Source: Candidatus Kaelpia imicola (GTDB taxonomy: Bacteria > Omnitrophota > Gorgyraeia > Kaelpiales > Kaelpiaceae). From it: a stretch of 64,000 nt of DNA. Below, piece after piece: positions 58,172 to 64,000 of this stretch. The stretch is from contig JAVCCL010000020.1 in NCBI GenBank assembly GCA_030765505.1, positions 28,538 to 92,537 on the forward strand, read 5' to 3'. Position 1 is the stretch's first letter; every line of letters starts with the position of its first letter. Both the position numbers and the translations under genes were made by a program. The notes under the pieces were generated by a model that ran no database searches, had not been told where the DNA came from, and saw only the letters and a list, made by a program, of their open reading frames with translations.

Positions 58172-59116
58172 ATGGAAGAGAGAGAAGTTTTTGCAAAAGT
58201 TAACAGTTTAATAGAGAACATCGAAAAAGTTATACTGGGAAAGCACGATGCCGTTCAACTGGCAGTAGCTGTATTTCTATCCGAGGGTCATCTATTGATG
58301 GAGGATGTTCCCGGAGTAGGTAAAACTGTACTTGCTAAGTCTATGGCTAAATCATTTTCGGCAAGCTTTAGGAGAATACAATTTACACCCGACCTTCTTC
58401 CTTCAGATGTTACGGGCAGCTATATATTTAACCAGAAAAATTCCGAATTTGAATTTAGGTCCGGTCCGGTCTTTGCTAATATAGTTATAGCTGATGAGAT
58501 TAACCGCGGTACTCCTAGGACGCAGAGCGCTCTTCTGGAGCCTATGGAGGAGTATCAGGTTACTGCGGATGGTAATACTTTTCAACTTGATAGGCCATTT
58601 TTCTTGATAGCTACTCAGAATCCCGTTGAGAGGGAAGGCACCTATTTTCTTCCTATCTCACAGCTGGACAGATTTCTGGTCAAGATGGGTATGGGGTATC
58701 CCGAAAAAGCTGAAGAGATTCAGATTCTTTTAGACAGAGAGAGAGAGGATCCTCTAAATAAAATTGAGGCTGTAATTACCAAAGAAGAAATTCTTGAGAT
58801 TCAAAAATTTGTAAAAGCTATTAAGGTGGATGCTAAGATATACGAATATGTTATCAGCATAACACAGACGACTCGTGAGACTGATAAACTTATTCTGGGA
58901 GCGAGCCCCAGGGCATCTCTTGATCTATTTAGGTTATCTCAGGCTCTGGCACTAATGGAGGAGAGAACATATTGTATTCCTGACGATGTTAAGAAAGCTG
59001 CTCCACTGGTTCTTGCTCATAGGGTTATACCGTCTTCACCTGCAAAGACAGAGATTGGTAATACTCAGGAGATAATTAAAAAACTAGTAAATGAAATCTC
59101 CGTTCCTATCCAATAA
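58172..59116 (+). CDS. MoxR-family AAA+ ATPase.
   Basis: Walker A motif (GVGKTVLAKSMAKSF). Walker B motif (VIADEINR). MoxR-type C-terminal helical domain. RBS AAAGGAGG upstream. 314 aa. Confidence 0.9.
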   Translation: MEEREVFAKVNSLIENIEKVILGKHDAVQLAVAVFLSEGHLLMEDVPGVGKTVLAKSMAKSFSASFRRIQFTPDLLPSDVTGSYIFNQKNSEFEFRSGPVFANIVIADEINRGTPRTQSALLEPMEEYQVTADGNTFQLDRPFFLIATQNPVEREGTYFLPISQLDRFLVKMGMGYPEKAEEIQILLDREREDPLNKIEAVITKEEILEIQKFVKAIKVDAKIYEYVISITQTTRETDKLILGASPRASLDLFRLSQALALMEERTYCIPDDVKKAAPLVLAHRVIPSSPAKTEIGNTQEIIKKLVNEISVPIQ

Positions 59117-60386
59117 TAAGGGTTGCTGTGTTTTAACAGAGTTTGGCTTATATGCTCTGATTGTAGCGGTATTTTTAACTTCTCTTGGTTTTATACTGCA
59201 GTCCAATCTTATCTATCTTGTAGCATCAGGACTCTGGGGGCTTGTTTTGACTGACTTTTTATTTTCTTTTCTCTCCTTGAGAGGAATAAGGGTTACAAGA
59301 TTTGCTCCGACTCATGCAGTTAGAGGTGAGGATTTTAAAATAAGAATAAGATTAGAGAATAGAGGGTTCTCTAAGTACTTAATAAGATTGACTGATAGTA
59401 GTTTTACTGAAAATATATCCGGGGTAGAGCTTCCTATTGTACGTAGTTTAAAAAACAGTGAGATTTTAGAGCTGGATTATATTATGAAAATTAAAGCAAG
59501 GGGTGTTCATAATCTTGAGTCTGTTCAGGCAGAGAGCAGTTTTCCTCTTGGTCTTTGGAGGAGGGTTATAAATTTTCCCTCCAGATCCAAAATTACCATA
59601 TACCCTGAATTTTACGAGGTGCCTCAATTTGCGGTATCTTATAGGGGTATGAGATCGGAGTTTGCAAATACATCTTCTAATAGGCCTGGTATGGGCGGTA
59701 ACTTTTTGCAGATACGAGAGTATCAATACGGGGATAGTTTAAAGAATATTCATTGGAGAGCAACGGCTAGAACAGGAAAGCTTATGGTCAAAGAGCTAGA
59801 GAAATTTACTCTTTCAAACCTTTCTATAGTATTAGATAGTTCCTCTAATATGGTTTTAGGATTGCTTGAAGAGTCCAATTTTGAATATGCAGTTAAAACA
59901 GCTGCAACTATAGCCAACAAAGCTTTGAGTACTCGCTATCATGTAAAGCTTATATACTACAATCAGATTAAAAAGAAGATCGAGTTTAAGAAGGCTTACG
60001 GCCGAATGACTCCAATATTAGACAGCCTTTCTAAGATAGGTACGACGGAGAGGATAAATGTCAAAGATCTCGTAGATGCTTCTATACCTGAGATTGAGAA
60101 GGAGTCTGTTGCGGTTTTTGTCTTACTCTCCCTTAACTCTGATGTTACTCAAAAAATCATACAACTTGCAAATCAGGGTATTGATTCTGTGCTTGTCGTA
60201 TTTGATCCCAGGTCTTTTGCCGCTGTTCTGGATAAGAAGATTGGGAATTTTTATAATGTCTTCTCCCAACTTATGAGCGGAGAAGCGTTCTATTTAACTG
60301 GTGAAGGTATAAGGGTGTATATGGTAAAACATGGCGATCGTATACCTGATGCGTTAAGTAGACCGCATATGTTTTTATCTTCTTAA
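59091..60386 (+). CDS. DUF58-family protein (vWA-like), the usual partner of MoxR ATPases.
   Basis: Two N-terminal TM helices. DUF58 signature (FLQIREYQYGDSLKNIHWRATARTGKLMVKELE). 431 aa. Confidence 0.85.
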   Translation: MKSPFLSNNKGCCVLTEFGLYALIVAVFLTSLGFILQSNLIYLVASGLWGLVLTDFLFSFLSLRGIRVTRFAPTHAVRGEDFKIRIRLENRGFSKYLIRLTDSSFTENISGVELPIVRSLKNSEILELDYIMKIKARGVHNLESVQAESSFPLGLWRRVINFPSRSKITIYPEFYEVPQFAVSYRGMRSEFANTSSNRPGMGGNFLQIREYQYGDSLKNIHWRATARTGKLMVKELEKFTLSNLSIVLDSSSNMVLGLLEESNFEYAVKTAATIANKALSTRYHVKLIYYNQIKKKIEFKKAYGRMTPILDSLSKIGTTERINVKDLVDASIPEIEKESVAVFVLLSLNSDVTQKIIQLANQGIDSVLVVFDPRSFAAVLDKKIGNFYNVFSQLMSGEAFYLTGEGIRVYMVKHGDRIPDALSRPHMFLSS

Positions 60387-60387
60387 A

Positions 60388-63300
60388 ATGTTTTATATTA
60401 TTTCATTTTTACTGGTAAGCATTGGCATAACAGCTCTTCCGCTTATTGAAGGAGTGGGCTCCAGCCTGATTCTTGCAGGTTCTATTTTTACTTTTGGTTT
60501 CGTGTTGACGCAGCTGATTAAAAAATTCCACTTTTCAAAAAATGTTGCCAGAGCGTTACTCTTTATTGCCTTAATTATTGGGGTTGGAGCATTCTTTACT
60601 TCAGGTAATTCCGGAGAGTGGGCAATTGTATGGCTGATATGGTATCTTATCCTCTCTTTTCAGGTTATAAGCATCTTTAGCTCTAAAGATGTTAAGGGTT
60701 GGTTTAGCTCTTATCTTTTGAGTTTTATTCAGCTTTCTCTGGGCGGCATTTTTACAGAGAAGCTACTTTTCTTGGTCATCTTCTCTCTTTACCTGGCTTT
60801 ATCAGTATTCGGTTTCATTTTTTTGCTTCCTAAAATAGAGATACGGGACAAAATTTTAAAATTGATAAAACCCCGCTTAGATTTAGCAAAATGGGGTGCC
60901 TTAACAACCGTCAATGTCTTTTTTATAACAGGGTTAGTTTTTCTCATCTTGCCGAGGACTCAAAGCCCACTCTTTGCAGTTAAAAAAGAGATACATCTTG
61001 TTGAGAAGTTAAAAAAAGAAGTTGATTTTACAGAGGAGATGACAGAAGAAGAAGCTGTGAGCCTACCTGAGGAGATTGAGCTGGGAACTATATCCGAATT
61101 AAAAAATGAAAATAAGATGTTGATGTTGATAGAGACGGAGAGACCGTTTCTTTTTAGAGCCCAGGCTTTCAATTATTACGATGGCAGCAGTTGGATTAAA
61201 TACGGCAGTAAGTCCGTAACCATCAAAGTAAAAGATAATAAGATTAATTTTAAACCGCTCTATCTGAGAAAAGAACTCTTTGTTAAAACGACACCTGACA
61301 AGTTTTACCATCAAAAGTTTTATATTAAGAACTATTCTCAAAATCTTATTCTAAGCTCTTACCCTATTATAGGTCTATCTGGTTCAGATGTAGAAAAGAT
61401 TAAGATAGACCATTTTGAAAATATTTATTTACAGAGAAAACTTAAGTTTGGAGATGAATATGAGGTAATCTCTGTTGATAAGAGCTATCCTTCTAATTAT
61501 CTGAGGTCGCTGCCGAGGAAGTACCCCAGAGAGATTATGGATCTATACCTTCAGCTTCCGCCCAATATAGATAAAAGATTGATGGATTTGACTTCTAAGA
61601 TTTTAAAATATACACCCACCAATATTTACGATGAATTGATAACTCTTAGGAAATATTTGAAAGAGCATTGTATCTATAGTCGGTTAAATACCGGCAAAAG
61701 CCCGACGCTGTATGAATTCCTCTTTGATAAAAAGCCTGGTGATTGCGAGTATTTTGCAACAGCTTTGGCTTTAATGCTGCGTTATCGTAATATTCCTACG
61801 CGTTTTGTCATAGGGTTCTCAGGGGGGGAGTTTGATTCTCAGAAGAGAACCTCTATTATTTATGCAAAGAATGCTCATGCTTGGATAGAGGTTTTCTTCC
61901 CTACTATAGGATGGTTGCCCTGCGATGCAACCCCTAAGGCTCTTCTTCAAGAGCAGTGGGAAGAAGCCCCTAAGATGTTAGCCTTAAAACCTCAAGATTA
62001 TCCAGAGGATAGAGGATTTGCTGGCGAAAGCGGCAGCGGTGAGACGGCTGATTCAAAGCAGAGCTTAGAGAGGCAGGAGATTGCCGGGGAGGGTATTCCC
62101 GAGGAAGAGCTCTTGCCGCAGGATTATTATTTCAAAGATAGGTTATCTCAACATGGTTTTACTAAAGAGGAGATTGTTTTTTCAGAAGAATTTTTTGAAG
62201 AGGCGGCTACTCCTGCTGAATTAGCTGCCGAAGAAGAGGATCTATCCGGTCAAGGTTATACTGGAGATAAAGAGATAGCTACATTTGAAGAAGAGAGAGC
62301 CGAAGGCCTTTTAAGAGAGGATGAAGTAACCGAGGAGATTTTTACAGAAGAGGAGGCAGAGGAGTGGTTCTATAGAGAAGAAGGAGCGTTTAAAGAAGAG
62401 GAAGTAGAAGCAGAGACTGAATCAATAAGTGAGGATGATGTTTTTGAAGAAGTCGCTTTTTCAGAAGAAAGGGTAGAGACTGCTGTTAAAATAGAAAAGG
62501 AGCCGGCTGAAGGTGAGACTCTTGAAGAAGATTTAGCATCTTTTTATCAAGATAGTGAGGATTTAGGATTTACCGAAATAGCATCCGGGCTTGAACAGGA
62601 AGAAAAAGTTGTTGAAGAAGAAGTTTTGGAAGAAAAAAAATTAGCATCTCTGCCTAAAGAGCTTGAAGAAGGTTCAGTAAGAGTCGATTTAGAAGATGAA
62701 TTTAAAAAAGAAGATTTTGGCAAAGAGGAGGATCCTGCTGACTCTTCTTCTATTACGGAAGCTTCTTTAGAAGAAGGGATATCTGAACAAGAGTATCTTT
62801 CTGAAGAACTGTTATCTTCTGGTGATGTTGAGGTAGCGGAAAAAGACGTGCTCTCTGATGAAGGATTGACAATGGAAGACAGTGTTCCTTTGGAGCAAGA
62901 AGTGCTTCTGGATCAAGAGATTCAAGACCAAGAGATTGCTTCAGATCTATATCTGGATTCTTCTGTGTCGCCTGGAATTCCTATAACGGCTATGGACGAG
63001 GAAGAAGAGGGAGAGATTACAGAATTAATAGATGAAGAAGATGATATTATCCCTGATTTAGATATTGTCGAAGAGGAGGTTGCTTTAGAAGAGGATGTAA
63101 TATTAGAAGAACTGCCCGCTGAAGATCTGGTATCAGAAGAAGAATCATTAGAAGAGAGTGAAGAAGTTGCTTTTGAAGAAGATACAACATTGGAAGAGGA
63201 GATGGTTCAAGAGGATGATGTTTTTGAAGAAGTTTTAGAAGAGAGTGCGGAGACTATTATTAAAGAGGATGTGGTTGAGGGAGAGGTATCTGAAGAAGAG

Positions 63301-64000
63301 GATGTTTTGGGTGAAGTTGAGGTTGATAGCGAGAAAGAAGATTTAAAAATTGTTGAAGATATTGTACTAGAAGAGATAGGGGAGGCGGAAGAGTTTTTAA
63401 TTGAGGATATAGATGTTGCCCAAGAATTTACTCAAGCCGAAGAAATAATAGAAAATGATCTTCCTGAAAGAGAGATAGCTGCTTTAGATATCGGTACTGA
63501 AGTTAAAGAAGAAAAGCTCTTTGATGATATTCCCGAGATAGTTGAAGAGGAGTCTGTTCCAGAGGTATTATTGCCTGAAGATATTGAAGATAAGTTAGAA
63601 GATTCTCTGGGTAAGAATATTCTTTTTAAAGATGATTTTGAATTGATTGTTGAAGAAGATCTATCAAGGATTGAGGATGTTGCAGGAGAAGAGTTTGAGG
63701 CTGAAGATGTTTCAGTTGAAGATATGATCCCAGAAGAGGATTCAATTTCAGGTGAATTAGGCTTCTTGTTTAACATTTTAAAAGATAAGCTCAAAGAGTG
63801 GATTTTTGGATTCTCTTACTATACTCAAGCTCTAATAGTAGATTTTATTAAAGGTATATTTGTAGGTATTAAGAGTTTCATTTACGGAATAGGTGCTATC
63901 ATTTATAGTCATCTTAAAAATAATAAGACACCGTATTCTTTATCTATTGTTACATTCTTTGTGGCGTTTTTACTCTGGGCGCTGTTTAAAGAATTAATCA
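60388..64000 (+). CDS. Transglutaminase-like (TgpA-type) polytopic membrane protein with a very long acidic low-complexity insertion. 3' truncated by the window edge.
   Basis: ATG at 60388, one nucleotide after the DUF58 stop. Seven N-terminal TM helices (DUF3488-like). Transglutaminase Cys-His-Asp core (GDCEYFATALALMLRY...AHAWIEVFFPTIGWLPCDATP). Then a glutamate-rich stretch of roughly 590 aa and at least two C-terminal TM helices. The ORF is still open at 64000. Confidence 0.8.
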   Translation, partial: MFYIISFLLVSIGITALPLIEGVGSSLILAGSIFTFGFVLTQLIKKFHFSKNVARALLFIALIIGVGAFFTSGNSGEWAIVWLIWYLILSFQVISIFSSKDVKGWFSSYLLSFIQLSLGGIFTEKLLFLVIFSLYLALSVFGFIFLLPKIEIRDKILKLIKPRLDLAKWGALTTVNVFFITGLVFLILPRTQSPLFAVKKEIHLVEKLKKEVDFTEEMTEEEAVSLPEEIELGTISELKNENKMLMLIETERPFLFRAQAFNYYDGSSWIKYGSKSVTIKVKDNKINFKPLYLRKELFVKTTPDKFYHQKFYIKNYSQNLILSSYPIIGLSGSDVEKIKIDHFENIYLQRKLKFGDEYEVISVDKSYPSNYLRSLPRKYPREIMDLYLQLPPNIDKRLMDLTSKILKYTPTNIYDELITLRKYLKEHCIYSRLNTGKSPTLYEFLFDKKPGDCEYFATALALMLRYRNIPTRFVIGFSGGEFDSQKRTSIIYAKNAHAWIEVFFPTIGWLPCDATPKALLQEQWEEAPKMLALKPQDYPEDRGFAGESGSGETADSKQSLERQEIAGEGIPEEELLPQDYYFKDRLSQHGFTKEEIVFSEEFFEEAATPAELAAEEEDLSGQGYTGDKEIATFEEERAEGLLREDEVTEEIFTEEEAEEWFYREEGAFKEEEVEAETESISEDDVFEEVAFSEERVETAVKIEKEPAEGETLEEDLASFYQDSEDLGFTEIASGLEQEEKVVEEEVLEEKKLASLPKELEEGSVRVDLEDEFKKEDFGKEEDPADSSSITEASLEEGISEQEYLSEELLSSGDVEVAEKDVLSDEGLTMEDSVPLEQEVLLDQEIQDQEIASDLYLDSSVSPGIPITAMDEEEEGEITELIDEEDDIIPDLDIVEEEVALEEDVILEELPAEDLVSEEESLEESEEVAFEEDTTLEEEMVQEDDVFEEVLEESAETIIKEDVVEGEVSEEEDVLGEVEVDSEKEDLKIVEDIVLEEIGEAEEFLIEDIDVAQEFTQAEEIIENDLPEREIAALDIGTEVKEEKLFDDIPEIVEEESVPEVLLPEDIEDKLEDSLGKNILFKDDFELIVEEDLSRIEDVAGEEFEAEDVSVEDMIPEEDSISGELGFLFNILKDKLKEWIFGFSYYTQALIVDFIKGIFVGIKSFIYGIGAIIYSHLKNNKTPYSLSIVTFFVAFLLWALFKELI
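62000..63760 (+). repeat. GAA/GAG-rich coding low-complexity region (poly-acidic, glutamate-rich) with internal imperfect repeats.
   Basis: Hundreds of Glu/Asp codons. The exact 23-mer gaggatgatgtttttgaagaagt occurs twice (62431-62453 and 63211-63233), each encoding EDDVFEEV. Confidence 0.7.

Noticed and set aside
60076-60276. 66-aa leucine-rich ORF in an alternative + frame within the DUF58 gene.
   Set aside because: Overlaps a gene with a clear DUF58 signature. Composition reflects the out-of-frame reading of AT-rich codons.
63432-63794. 120-aa serine-rich ORF on the minus strand.
   Set aside because: It is the reverse complement of the GAA/GAG-rich acidic tract of the TgpA-like gene (TTC/CTC codons read as Ser/Leu). 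The + frame is continuous with a recognisable transglutaminase domain upstream.
1-64000. Scan for CRISPR arrays, IS elements, transposases, integrases, toxin-antitoxin pairs or defence-island hallmarks.
   Set aside because: No direct-repeat/spacer arrays, no DDE transposase or tyrosine/serine recombinase-like ORFs, and no obvious defence genes were seen. The window is core chromosome apart from the modules flagged above.

Overview
The window is an AT-rich segment of a diderm (Gram-negative-type) bacterial chromosome, almost entirely + strand and dominated by core housekeeping genes. From 5' to 3' it carries: the 3' end of dnaB; an outer-membrane/lipid A block (bamA-skp-lpxD-lpxC::fabZ fusion-lpxA-lpxI); mnmG, a short QueG-like Fe-S protein and birA; an SSS-family transporter, a TonB-dependent receptor, and holB-ricT(PSP1)-metG; a TatD hydrolase fused to a small radical SAM domain; a CPBP protease, mtnA, thiL, tsaE, tsaB, alr, ilvD, rtcB and serS; a small tRNA island (Ser-UGA, Phe-GAA, Thr-CGU) interleaved with a Thi4-type thiazole synthase; hisH-hisF convergent with lpxB plus a Gfo/Idh/MocA oxidoreductase; an SNase-like nuclease, trxB and trxA; and a complete dcw cell-wall/division cluster (mraZ-rsmH-ftsL-ftsI-murE-murF-mraY-murD-ftsW-murG-murC-murB-ddl-ftsQ-ftsA). 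The most unusual part follows ftsA. In the position where ftsZ normally sits, the cluster runs without a break into a glycan/modification module: a GT4 glycosyltransferase, a second MraY/WecA-family phosphotransferase, a UDP-galactopyranose-mutase-like flavoprotein, a radical SAM/SPASM enzyme and an unknown 178-aa protein. This is followed by a MoxR AAA+ / DUF58 / transglutaminase-like (TgpA-type) membrane protein triad. The transglutaminase carries a roughly 590-residue glutamate-rich low-complexity insertion and runs off the window end. No CRISPR array, transposase or integrase and no FtsZ-like (GGGTGxG) ORF was seen. All functional calls are by eye from translated motifs and conserved gene order. 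No database search was run.
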